A DNA stretch of 25,090 nt from Candidatus Krumholzibacteriia bacterium. Its GTDB lineage: Bacteria > Krumholzibacteriota > Krumholzibacteriia > LZORAL124-64-63. Location: assembly GCA_036351155.1 (NCBI GenBank), contig JAZBOO010000002.1:1-25090 (forward strand), in the 5' to 3' direction. Under the pieces are notes generated by a model. The model saw only the letters and a program-made list of their open reading frames with translations. It did no database searches and was not told the origin of the DNA. Made by a program: the position numbers and the translations under genes. This document shows, one piece after another, positions 16,844 through 25,090 of this stretch. The stretch's first letter is position 1. Each line of letters starts with the position of its first letter.

Positions 16844-17650
16844 TCATGGCCCGGCGCGATTATCTTGAGTGCCCCACCAGGCCCGCCAGACATCCTGCCC
16901 ACTGCGTGCCGTCTGGATCAATGCGTACCCCGAGGCGCTGAGCTCACCCTCGCTCAGCCGGGAAACGGCCTCACCCAGATGCTGCTCCATGGCCTGTCGA
17001 GGCTGAACCATGCGCTGACGACGGCGGTCCAGATCCTCGACCACCCCCTGCCACTGTTCCTCGATGGCGGCGCGAGGACGAGCCACCAGGCCATTGACCC
17101 GCACGTTGGTCCAGACCATCGCCTGGCCCACCAGAGGCAGGGAACCCGGTCCGGCCTGCATCACTTCCAGCGCCTTTTCCGGCGTCCCCCGCAAGGGGGA
17201 AATCGGCAAGGCGGTCAGCAGCACCAGGATCACCGTGGCCGCGTAGGCAAACTGAAGCGCGAACTGGGGCTTCATGATCTGCCGTTCCCACCACCGGCCC
17301 ACCCGATCCATGAGACCCGCCAGGCCAATGGTCCCGCCGGCGCGCACTTCTCGTTCTGCAGGGCTGAGGGCCCCGGTGGTCCGCGCCAGGACCCTGGCGG
17401 TGAAGGCCGGCCCCGGGTCCAGCTCGGCCAGCCCCGGCAACAGGCTGCCCAGCCATCCCATGGTCAGGGCCACCTGGCGGCATCCGTAGCAATGCTCCAG
17501 ATGCGCCTGGACCAGCTGCCGATCCACATCTTCAAGCTGGTGAGCCACCAGGTCCGGCAACAGACCCTCGGCCCGCGCACAGGGTGAACCACTGGTGCGC
17601 TGGAGGACCTCGTTCACGAAACGGTCTTCCCTGCGACGCCTGTCGTTCAT
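16844..17650 (-). CDS. Zinc-binding anti-sigma factor (zf-HC2/ZAS), single TM
   Basis: C...HLEHCYGC (HxxxCxxC), TM segment FAYAATVILVLLTALP, ATGA overlap with the sigma gene. Confidence 0.9.
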   Translation of the reverse strand: MNDRRRREDRFVNEVLQRTSGSPCARAEGLLPDLVAHQLEDVDRQLVQAHLEHCYGCRQVALTMGWLGSLLPGLAELDPGPAFTARVLARTTGALSPAEREVRAGGTIGLAGLMDRVGRWWERQIMKPQFALQFAYAATVILVLLTALPISPLRGTPEKALEVMQAGPGSLPLVGQAMVWTNVRVNGLVARPRAAIEEQWQGVVEDLDRRRQRMVQPRQAMEQHLGEAVSRLSEGELSASGYALIQTARSGQDVWRAWWGTQDNRAGP

Positions 17651-18234
17651 GACGCCGCCTCCGCGCCCAGGCCCCCGCCGTCCGGCCCGCCGTTCAGATC
17701 GGTGATCACCTTGGCCAGCTCCAGCCGTGCCCGGCTGCTTCGGCTCTTGATGGTGCCCACCGGCACGTCCAGCATGTCGGCAATTTCCTCGAGGGGAAGA
17801 TCCTGGATATCCTTGAGCAGAATGATCTCGCGATTGATGTCGCTGAGCATCTGCATGGCCCGGAACACCAGCTTCTTCCGCGAGGACCGTACCCAGTCCT
17901 CTTCCGGCGTCGGCCGGTCATCCCTGAGGGCGGTCATCTCGTCGGCAGGAATATCCTGCCGGGGCGGCCGCACTTTTCGGCGGCGCAGGTGGTCCACACA
18001 TGCGTTGCGACAGATGCGGGTCAGCCAGTACTGGAAGCGGTCGGGGTCCAGGCAGGTGTCGAGACTGTTGTACACCCGGACGAAGATCTCCTGGGCCAGG
18101 TCGAGAGCCTCGTCCTGGTCTCCCACATAGCCGTAGGCCATGGAGCATATGCGTCCCTGATGCTGTCTCACGAGCACCTCCCAGGCCAGTTCGTCACCGT
18201 TCCGGCATCGTTCCAGTAGAACCTTCGGTTCCAT
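17647..18234 (-). CDS. ECF RNA polymerase sigma factor
   Basis: Region 2 EALDLAQEIFVRVY and FQYWLTRICRNACVDHLRR; region 4 EEIADMLDVPVGTIKSRSSRAR; ATG 18234 with AAGGA SD. Confidence 0.95.
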   Translation of the reverse strand: MEPKVLLERCRNGDELAWEVLVRQHQGRICSMAYGYVGDQDEALDLAQEIFVRVYNSLDTCLDPDRFQYWLTRICRNACVDHLRRRKVRPPRQDIPADEMTALRDDRPTPEEDWVRSSRKKLVFRAMQMLSDINREIILLKDIQDLPLEEIADMLDVPVGTIKSRSSRARLELAKVITDLNGGPDGGGLGAEAAS

Positions 18235-18302
18235 GCTGTCCTTTTTTCGGTTCCTGCATTGTCGACCGGTGAGGGCCGATTTCGCGTTGCCTCTCAACCC
18301 CA

Positions 18303-18330
18303 AAGACGCACCCCGGGGTGGCCAGGTTCG
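18303..18330 (-). promoter_or_regulatory. ECF-type promoter upstream of the sigma operon (autoregulation)
   Basis: Minus strand CGAACC-N16-CGTCTT (AAC...CGT ECF pattern). Confidence 0.65.
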
Positions 18331-18350
18331 GTCCCTGACAAAATATTTTA

Positions 18351-18372
18351 GTGTGCCACGAAGATTGTTTCT
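18351..18372. repeat. IS terminal inverted repeat (downstream of transposase)
   Basis: Exact reverse complement of 19542-19563. Confidence 0.95.
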
Positions 18373-18378
18373 ATCTAT

Positions 18379-18416
18379 TCCCCCATGACCCTTTCGGCCA
18401 TGGGGGATTTCTTTTT
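18379..18416 (+). terminator. Subterminal hairpin in the IS with a T-tract on the plus strand
   Basis: TCCCCCATG (18379-18387) / CATGGGGGA (18399-18407) followed by TTTCTTTTT. Confidence 0.65.
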
Positions 18417-19516
18417 CAGTAGGCGTACTTCAGTTCATGCTTTGTGTTCCTTCCAATGGCTGGCGTTTCCACGGCTCGATCATAGTACTCTGCCCACCGC
18501 GGCGGTAAATCCAACTGACTAAGAAAGATGCGTTGTCCCAAGATCTCATCTGCTGTCAAAGGATGGTCCGTCAGTCCCTTCAGCATCGCCGGAGTCGGGC
18601 TGCCTCGCTCCTTCTCTCGAAGGCCCTTCATGTAGTTCCGCCAGACCAGAAAAATCAGCAACCGCTCCGCGCTGGCTTGCCTCCGCTTGGACCAGGCAAT
18701 GGTCTCCCGCTTGTGATTCGAGCTGCTGTGTCTGATCAACGCATCCAGTACATTGACCTCTGTCAACGAGTTATGCTGGTTGCGGTAGTCCGTCCCCGGG
18801 GTGATATCGTGCCTGATGTCGCAATCGATCTGCTTGATGATCCGCTTGTACGCCGGATGGTCATCACTGTAAACCACCGCTGACTCACTACCCCTGAGAG
18901 TGACCTCGATCAGCTCCTTCATGTCCTTCTGGATCGCCTTGGGGTCGGGGCGGCCATGAAGATTTTCCAGGAACTCCCGACGCTTCTTCTGGGCCTCTTT
19001 CATTCGGCCCTTCCTGCGTAATGGACTGTCAGTGAAGTAGATGAAGAAGTCGGTCCCCTTCTCCACCGCCACGTTGAGGTGGATGGGGAAGTACTGGCTG
19101 TACTCGAAGGACTCGAAACCGTCGACGACGATCTCTGCGGGAGGGAGCAGATCCTTGATCATCTGCCAATGAAACAGCAGGCTATGCCTGGCCAGTCGGC
19201 TGACCATGCGGTCGATGGTGGAGGGTTTAGCCTTCAAGTCCCTGGCAGATTGTCGGTTAGCCATGCAGCCGGTGATCTTGGTGAACAGTTCAGGAAGGAG
19301 ATCTGGCTGCTTGAGCCAGTAGGTTGTCGAGAAGGTCTGGGTGCTGAAGGAGAGCTTGCAGTGGAGGCAGGTAAACCGCTGGATACGCTTTGGTGAGGCT
19401 TGTCGCCGGTAGTATCCTGCGCGCTTGAAGGTCCAACCTTGATACGAGTCGTTGTGGTACTTGCAGTTAGGGTTCGGGCAGAAGGGTGGAACCCAGTTTT
19501 TGGGGGTAGTGCTCAT
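18416..19516 (-). CDS. Transposase, IS1-like (Zn ribbon, HTH, DDE-type domain)
   Basis: CPNPNC...QRFTCLHC zinc ribbon, RQSARDL...STI HTH, VVDG and YSDD acidic residues, KRETIAWSK and TPAMLKGLTDH IS1-like tail; bounded by TIRs. Confidence 0.88.
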   Translation of the reverse strand: MSTTPKNWVPPFCPNPNCKYHNDSYQGWTFKRAGYYRRQASPKRIQRFTCLHCKLSFSTQTFSTTYWLKQPDLLPELFTKITGCMANRQSARDLKAKPSTIDRMVSRLARHSLLFHWQMIKDLLPPAEIVVDGFESFEYSQYFPIHLNVAVEKGTDFFIYFTDSPLRRKGRMKEAQKKRREFLENLHGRPDPKAIQKDMKELIEVTLRGSESAVVYSDDHPAYKRIIKQIDCDIRHDITPGTDYRNQHNSLTEVNVLDALIRHSSSNHKRETIAWSKRRQASAERLLIFLVWRNYMKGLREKERGSPTPAMLKGLTDHPLTADEILGQRIFLSQLDLPPRWAEYYDRAVETPAIGRNTKHELKYAY

Positions 19517-19541
19517 ACCCCCCAGGGGCAGGAATCACTCC

Positions 19542-19563
19542 AGAAACAATCTTCGTGGCACAC
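19542..19563. repeat. IS terminal inverted repeat (upstream of transposase)
   Basis: AGAAACAATCTTCGTGGCACAC, reverse complement of 18351-18372. Confidence 0.95.
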
Positions 19564-19588
19564 TAAAAAAATTTGTTAAAATCCCACT

Positions 19589-19614
19589 GGAACAACCGGA
19601 ACCCAGCACCGTAA
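19589..19614 (+). promoter_or_regulatory. ECF-type promoter upstream of the DUF5916 gene
   Basis: GGAAC-N16-CGTAA, 43 nt before the ATG. Confidence 0.65.
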
Positions 19615-19657
19615 TTCTCCGGGTTGGCCTTTCCCGTATTCCCCAGCTGGAGACTCC

Positions 19658-22291
19658 ATGTTCAGTAGCATCTGCGCCCTGGCCCCTCGGAGCAAGCCGT
19701 TATTCCCTTGGATTACCCTCATTTTGGGTCTCCTGCTGATTTCGATGCCCAGCTGGGCCTCGGAAATGGCCGAAGGATTTGCCCCCGAAGGTGCAGGATC
19801 CAGCTACCAACCCACCGGGAGCGGTTCCCTGGCCGACTTGCCATCCCTGGCGGCTTTCCGCCTGGACGGACAAAATATCGTCCTCGATGGCGTGCTGGAT
19901 GATGATGCCTGGGGCTGGGCCGAAACCGGCTGGGGCTTCCGCCAGCACGATCCCGATCGTGGTGCCGAGGCCTCGGTTCCGACCACGTTCAAGGTGGTTT
20001 ACGATGACGACGCCCTCTATTTCGGGGTGGCCTGCTGGGAGAATGACATGGCCGATGTGGCCAGCTTCCTGGGCAGGCGTGACGAGATCGAGGCCTCGGA
20101 CATTGTCAGCATCTACATCGACCCCTACCACGACCGGACCACGGGATACAACTTCCGCGTCAATCCCGATGGGGTTCAGTACGATGCCTACATGTTCGAC
20201 AACGGAAACCGGGACAGTGACTGGGACGCCGTCTGGCAAACCGCCGTGTCGCATGATGCCCGGGGCTGGTACGTGGAAGTGCGGATCCCCTTTTCCGCCG
20301 TCCGCTTCAAGCCGCAGGACAACATGACCTGGGGTCTGCAGGTGTACCGGTGGATGCACGGACGTGGGGAAGACACCGGCTGGGTCATGTGGGACCGCAA
20401 CGCGAGCGGGTTTGTCAGCCGCTGGGGTGATCTGACCGGCCTGCGCGGCATCGACAACCCCCGCAAGCTTGAGGTGCTGCCCTACGTGGTGGCCAAGACC
20501 ACGGATCCGGCCACGCCCGTGGCCGACGAGGACACCTGGCAGAATGCTCAGAATTTTGGCGCGGACTTCAAGTACGGGATCACCAGCAACCTCACCTTGA
20601 ACGCCACCTTCCAGCCCGATTTCGGGCAGGTGGAAGCCGATCCCGCCACCCTGAACCTCTCCCCGTTCGAAACCTACTTCCAGGAAAAGCGGCCTTTCTT
20701 CACCGAGGGGGCCCGGTTTTTCCAGCACCCTGATTTTCGATTGTTCTATTCGCGTCGCATCGGCACCGGGGATCCCAACAGCCGCATCCGCGGGGCAGCC
20801 AAGTTGACCGGCAAGATCGGCGGGGACTTTTCTTTGGCCGTCCTGGGAGCCGCCACCGACGTGGGTGTGCCCGGCAAGACCCACAATCCGTTTGTCGGCG
20901 GGGATCAGAAGGCCTACTACGGGCTGGTGCGCTTGGTCAAGGAGTTCGACGAGGGCAACCACAGCATCAACCTGATGGGCACGGCGGTCCGGCGCGACGA
21001 GGACAGCTTCGCCGGGATATCCAATCCCCGGCTGCGGCGCCACGGCTACTCGGGCGGTCTGGATTTCAACCTGCATTTCGATGACCGCATGTACGCCGTC
21101 TCCGGCTCGGCCGTGGGCACAGCGGTCGACCCTTTCGAAGACTCCCTGGACCCTGCTCTGACCCCGGACAACAGCTTCGGGACCGGAGGATTCCTGAACC
21201 TCAGCAAGTCCGGAGGAAAGTGGCGCGGCTTCCTGCTGGGAGCCTGGGAAAGCGACAAGCTGGACCCCAACGACATGGGCTTCCTTTCCGCTCCCGATGA
21301 GAAGTACGTGGTGGGCGGCGCCTCTTACCATTTCGATTCCGATGGCCAGGACAAGTTCTTCAGCACCGGCAACATTCAGGTCGAAGGTGCGTCCAGCTGG
21401 CTCTATGCCGGCAACACCGGCCGGGACCTCACCACCGAGGAGCAGGTCTGGGAGTACGGCCGCGGTCATCGCCAGGGGCAAAGTCTGGACCTCTCGGCCT
21501 GGGCCCAGACCCGGCATTTTCACCAGGGCTGGGTTTACCTGAGCCGACGCGCGGACGGCACCAGCAAGTACGCCACCCGCACCTTTGAAGGGAAGCGCGG
21601 ACCCTTGATGGACGACCCGGGACTGACGGTCCTCTCCGGTGGGTTCACCAGCGACTGGCGCAAATCCCTGTCCCTGGAACTGGAGGCAGAAACCTACTGG
21701 GGCAGCGCCCGCGACGGCAAGTCGGCGGACGTTTTCGTACGCTGGAACCAGAACCGGCACCTGAGCCATTCCCTCGGCGTTGGCGTGCGTCACAATGTGA
21801 CCCAGGCCCAGTGGATGACCAACCGTCTCAACGATGGAAGTCAGCCCGAGGTCACGGGCATCGGCGGGGTGGATTACGTGTTCGGAGAACTGGACCAGGT
21901 CATCTGGGACCTGACCCTGCGCAGCAGCCTTCTGTTCAACCGGGATCAGTCGCTCCAGGTTTACCTGCAGCCTTACCTGACCTATGGCGATTACAGGAAC
22001 CCCCGGTGGCTGGCCACTCCCGACTCATTCGATCTGCGGCCTTACAATCTGGACGCCGCGGCCTCGGACTTTCACTATGCCGCGCTGAACCTGAATCTCG
22101 TTTACCGCTGGGAGTACCGCCCGGGCTCGACCTTGTTCCTGGTCTGGACCCACAGCAAGGACCGGTATGATGAGCGCAGCCTGGCGGGTCGTCCCGATGC
22201 GTGGACCAACGATTTCACCCCCCGCTTCCTGGTCGACAGTGAACCCGAGAACACGTTCTTGGCCAAGCTGTCTTACTGGTTTAGTATCTGA
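19658..22291 (+). CDS. DUF5916-family protein with N-terminal CBM9-like domain; probable outer-membrane beta-barrel
   Basis: Signal peptide; LDGVLDDDAW, YDDDALYFG, WDAVW, GWYVEVRIPF (CBM9-like); PDFGQVEADP and FETYFQEKRPFFTEG (DUF5916); WEYRPGSTLFLVW; aromatic C-terminal strand AKLSYWFSI. Confidence 0.88.
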   Translation: MFSSICALAPRSKPLFPWITLILGLLLISMPSWASEMAEGFAPEGAGSSYQPTGSGSLADLPSLAAFRLDGQNIVLDGVLDDDAWGWAETGWGFRQHDPDRGAEASVPTTFKVVYDDDALYFGVACWENDMADVASFLGRRDEIEASDIVSIYIDPYHDRTTGYNFRVNPDGVQYDAYMFDNGNRDSDWDAVWQTAVSHDARGWYVEVRIPFSAVRFKPQDNMTWGLQVYRWMHGRGEDTGWVMWDRNASGFVSRWGDLTGLRGIDNPRKLEVLPYVVAKTTDPATPVADEDTWQNAQNFGADFKYGITSNLTLNATFQPDFGQVEADPATLNLSPFETYFQEKRPFFTEGARFFQHPDFRLFYSRRIGTGDPNSRIRGAAKLTGKIGGDFSLAVLGAATDVGVPGKTHNPFVGGDQKAYYGLVRLVKEFDEGNHSINLMGTAVRRDEDSFAGISNPRLRRHGYSGGLDFNLHFDDRMYAVSGSAVGTAVDPFEDSLDPALTPDNSFGTGGFLNLSKSGGKWRGFLLGAWESDKLDPNDMGFLSAPDEKYVVGGASYHFDSDGQDKFFSTGNIQVEGASSWLYAGNTGRDLTTEEQVWEYGRGHRQGQSLDLSAWAQTRHFHQGWVYLSRRADGTSKYATRTFEGKRGPLMDDPGLTVLSGGFTSDWRKSLSLELEAETYWGSARDGKSADVFVRWNQNRHLSHSLGVGVRHNVTQAQWMTNRLNDGSQPEVTGIGGVDYVFGELDQVIWDLTLRSSLLFNRDQSLQVYLQPYLTYGDYRNPRWLATPDSFDLRPYNLDAAASDFHYAALNLNLVYRWEYRPGSTLFLVWTHSKDRYDERSLAGRPDAWTNDFTPRFLVDSEPENTFLAKLSYWFSI

Positions 22292-22294
22292 GGC

Positions 22295-24124
22295 ATGTGG
22301 TCCAGACTGAAAGATTGGTTGATGCCGGGATCCCGTGTCCCCGGGCCGCGCTTTGTCATCCATCAGCGGTACCAGATGAACAGTCCTTTCCCCCAGTACG
22401 ACGCGCGGCGCCCCTTCCGTATTCTCTCCTATCTGCAAGCTCGCGGCCTCTTGCGCAAGGGCACATTGCGGCGCCCTCGACCGGCCACCATCGCTCAGCT
22501 GGAGATGGTCCACAGCAGCGAGTATCTGCGGTCCATGGAGTTGCCCGGGGCCCTCGAGCCCATCCTGGGCACGGCCCTGGATCCAGGGGATCAGGACAAG
22601 TTCCTCTGTTTCCAGCGCATGGTCTGCGGGGGCACCCTGCGGGCCGCCCGCATCGCGGTCCGGCGTCAGGATGTGGCCATCAATCTGGGGGGCGGCTTCC
22701 ACCACGCCTCCCGCAACCACGGCTCGGGATTCTGCGTGTTCAACGATGTGGCCCTGGCCGTGGCGGCCCTCCGCAGCAAGGGGCACGACATGCCCATCCT
22801 GGTTGTTGATCTGGATCTGCACGACGGCGACGGCACCCGCTCCATCTTCGCTCAGGACCTCACCGTGCACACCTTTTCCATCCACAACAAGGACCTGGGC
22901 AGCACCGAGGCCGTGGCCTCCACCAGCGTGGCCCTGGGTGCCGATGTGGACGATGCCACCTATCTGGAAGCCGTGCGCACCCATCTGCCCCCGGTCATCC
23001 GCGATTTCCGGCCGGGCCTGGTGTTTTATCTGGCCGGCAGCGACCCCAGCGTGGACGACAAGCTGGGCAACTGGCGCATCAGCCTGGACGGTTTGCTCAC
23101 CCGCGACCGCCTGGTCATGGAATGGACCGCCGGTCTACCCCGGGTGATCCTGCTGGCCGGCGGCTACGGGCCCCGAGCCTGGCGACCGGCCGCGGCCCTG
23201 TTCTCCTGGATTCTCACCGGCAATGCCGACCTGGACATTCCCCTGGAACTGGAATTGCCGGTGGACCACTACCGCAGGCTGACCCGCCTGATGAAAACCG
23301 ACCCGGTGCTGATGCCTGACGAGCAGGCCGGGGACCGCGGCGTGGGCGGTCCCGCGCCCAGCGGCCCCGATGACTGGGGCCTGAGCGAGGAGGACATCGG
23401 CCCACCCGGCCACCAGGCCGAAACTCGCTTCCTGGGGTTGTTCAGCCGCTACGGAGTGGAACTCGCCCTGGAAGAGTACGGTCTGATGAACCGTCTGCGG
23501 CGCCGGGGTTTCAAGGAATTGCGGCTGGCCCTGGACCTCGACGATCCGCTGGGACACACCCTGCGCATCCAGACAGGAGGCCTCGAGCCCCTGGTGGTGT
23601 TCGAGACCCGCTTGCGGATCCAGCACGACCCCGTCCTGGATCGCCGCCTGCTGTCGGTGGAGTGGCTGCTGATTCAGGATGCCCGGACACGGTTCGAGAT
23701 GAGCCGCCCCCTGCTACCGGGGCAGAAGTATCCCGGACTGGGCCTGCTGAGGGACACGGCGGCGGTGCTGGTGGTTCTGTGCGAAAGGCTGGAGCTGGAC
23801 GGGCTGGTTTTTACCCCCAGCCATTTCCATCTGGCCGCCCTGTCGCGCCCTTTGGCCATCAACCCCGACCCCGAGAAAGAAGGGTGGTTCCAGGCGGTCA
23901 GGGAAGTTCTCAAGGGAGTGCGTCTGCGGGAGGCCGCGGGCCTGGTTGAAAACGGGGCTATCGTCTCCGTCGACACGGGCGACCCCGTCGTATGGGAACC
24001 GTCGCCCGTGGTCATTCCGGTCAGCGCGGAACTGAAGGCTCATTTCCAGGCCGAGGCATTTCAGCAGAGCGTGGCCCAGGCCCAGCGCACCTATCGACTG
24101 AAGATCAACTCGCCGCGGTCATGA
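22295..24124 (+). CDS. Zn-dependent histone deacetylase family (AcuC-like) protein with a large C-terminal extra domain
   Basis: GGGFHHA, GFCVFND, DLDLHDGDG, AGSD...DDKLG and LAGGY all intact; Pro/Gly/acidic linker, then approx. 230 aa extra domain. Confidence 0.92.
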   Translation: MWSRLKDWLMPGSRVPGPRFVIHQRYQMNSPFPQYDARRPFRILSYLQARGLLRKGTLRRPRPATIAQLEMVHSSEYLRSMELPGALEPILGTALDPGDQDKFLCFQRMVCGGTLRAARIAVRRQDVAINLGGGFHHASRNHGSGFCVFNDVALAVAALRSKGHDMPILVVDLDLHDGDGTRSIFAQDLTVHTFSIHNKDLGSTEAVASTSVALGADVDDATYLEAVRTHLPPVIRDFRPGLVFYLAGSDPSVDDKLGNWRISLDGLLTRDRLVMEWTAGLPRVILLAGGYGPRAWRPAAALFSWILTGNADLDIPLELELPVDHYRRLTRLMKTDPVLMPDEQAGDRGVGGPAPSGPDDWGLSEEDIGPPGHQAETRFLGLFSRYGVELALEEYGLMNRLRRRGFKELRLALDLDDPLGHTLRIQTGGLEPLVVFETRLRIQHDPVLDRRLLSVEWLLIQDARTRFEMSRPLLPGQKYPGLGLLRDTAAVLVVLCERLELDGLVFTPSHFHLAALSRPLAINPDPEKEGWFQAVREVLKGVRLREAAGLVENGAIVSVDTGDPVVWEPSPVVIPVSAELKAHFQAEAFQQSVAQAQRTYRLKINSPRS

Positions 24125-24626
24125 CCTTGCCCAGGCTGCGCCTGAGCAGCCAGCGCGACTTGCCCAGCGCCTTGTTCAGCAGATGCTCCCGGGGAAGATC
24201 GGAGATCACCGGGGGCTTCTCCTGCTCGAACTGGGCCAGTCCCAGAGCCACCCGCGGATCCTCCGGTGCCAGGCGCTGGGCCTTCATCAGGTAGCGAAAG
24301 CCCGGCTCGATTTTCGAACCCAGCAGATGAATATAGGCCAGGGCATAGTACCCCGCGGGGGAGCGAGGTGCCGTGCGCACCGCCATCATGGCCAGCTTGG
24401 TCGACGAAACGAATCTTCCCGTTTCTTCGGCCAGGCAGATGGCCAGTCCCGCCAGCGCATCGGAGTTGTTCTTGTCGTCTTCCAGGATGTTCTGGAAGCG
24501 GATCTTGGCCTCGGCGGGGTTGTCGTCGAACAAAAGCCGGTAGGCCATACGGATGGAAGGGCACGTGCTGATCCCATTGCAAATGGAACGACGTTCCTTC
24601 CCCATCAACTGGCTAAATCCACTCAT
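24105..24626 (-). CDS. Tetratricopeptide-repeat protein
   Basis: Helical repeats (DALAGLAICL, AGYYALAYIHL, KAQRLAPEDPRV); ATG 24626 with GAAGGA SD. Confidence 0.75.
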   Translation of the reverse strand: MSGFSQLMGKERRSICNGISTCPSIRMAYRLLFDDNPAEAKIRFQNILEDDKNNSDALAGLAICLAEETGRFVSSTKLAMMAVRTAPRSPAGYYALAYIHLLGSKIEPGFRYLMKAQRLAPEDPRVALGLAQFEQEKPPVISDLPREHLLNKALGKSRWLLRRSLGKVMTAAS

Positions 24627-24842
24627 GGTACTTTCCTTCTCGGGCAAAAAAACCGACCCCCGCTTGCATTTGTCCTTTTTGCCCGTTCCTGTTTTATCCT
24701 GTTGTTTCCCGCTGTTCCACCAAATGACAGCATACCTGAAGACTTGCAGTTTTCAGACCGGACACGGGCCCTTGCGAAGAAGAGAAATGGCCCTATTTTA
24801 CTGCCGCCAACCTGCCTTGTACGGTGAAGAAGAGGGAGAATC

Positions 24843-25090
24843 ATGAGTCTGCAGAAGAAATACCTGAAAAGCCGCCCCGTCAGCAAGGTGACCTTTCGTT
24901 TGCCCAAGGAGGCCGCCCCGGAGGCCCGTGAAGTGTACCTGGTGGGCACTTTCAACGATTGGGATCCCGAGGCCACTCCCATGACCCGCTTGAAAAACGG
25001 GGAGTTCAAGATCACCCTGGACCTGGAAACGGGGTCCGAGTACACCTTTCGCTACCTGATCGAAGGTGAAGTGTGGGAAAACGACTGGGA
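24843..25090 (+). CDS. Isoamylase early-set / CBM48 glycogen-binding domain protein; runs off the window
   Basis: Not in the ORF track; hand translation MSLQKKYLKSRPVSKVTFRLP...VYLVGTFNDWD...YTFRYLIEGEVWENDW; GGGAG SD. Confidence 0.92.
   Translation, partial: MSLQKKYLKSRPVSKVTFRLPKEAAPEAREVYLVGTFNDWDPEATPMTRLKNGEFKITLDLETGSEYTFRYLIEGEVWENDW

Larger units (their letters stand above)
18351..19563 (-). mobile_element. Intact insertion sequence (1213 bp), IS1/IS1595-like, flanked by TA
   Basis: Perfect 22 bp TIR GTGTGCCACGAAGATTGTTTCT (18351-18372 / 19542-19563), TA on both sides, a single transposase ORF, visibly lower GC than the flanks. Confidence 0.92.

Noticed and set aside
18416..19516. 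IS ORF as an RNA-guided nuclease or recombinase (TnpB/IscB/IS110)
   Set aside because: N-terminal Zn ribbon, HTH, DD(E/N) layout and TIRs fit IS1-like elements; non-coding ends are under 70 bp, too short for a guide RNA.
19700..21793. 697 aa minus-strand ORF
   Set aside because: Antisense shadow of the DUF5916 gene.
1..25090. CRISPR arrays, tRNA/rRNA genes, recognisable riboswitches, prophage or defence genes
   Set aside because: None seen by eye; intergenic regions are short. An Infernal/Rfam scan would be needed to exclude small RNAs.

Overview
GC-rich bacterial chromosomal window from a diderm organism; Krumholzibacteriota/Latescibacterota-like is a weak inference from one C-terminal motif. 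Left part (minus strand): an A2-type caa3-like cytochrome c oxidase operon (SCO-coxI-coxIII-coxIV-coxII/cyt c-ctaB), preceded by a Tat-lipoprotein HiPIP, a secreted protein and rubrerythrin. A near-identical Fur/PerR-like operator lies upstream of both the oxidase operon and rubrerythrin. Next come ptb and a butyrate kinase fused to a phosphotransacetylase-like domain that has lost its catalytic Ser-Arg, then an L,D-transpeptidase, a hybrid kinase/receiver/GGDEF operon and a GT4 glycosyltransferase. An ECF sigma/ZAS anti-sigma/membrane-protein operon and a DUF5916 + HDAC-fusion operon are transcribed divergently from ECF-type promoters, split by an intact 1.2 kb IS1-like element with perfect TIRs, a probable TA duplication and an apparent D-D-N triad. 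The window ends with a TPR protein and a CBM48 protein. Best novelty candidates: the pseudo-PTA-butyrate kinase fusion, the HDAC + GNAT-like fusion, the atypical IS and the HiPIP-oxidase-rubrerythrin regulon. All calls come from motif recognition; no searches were run.
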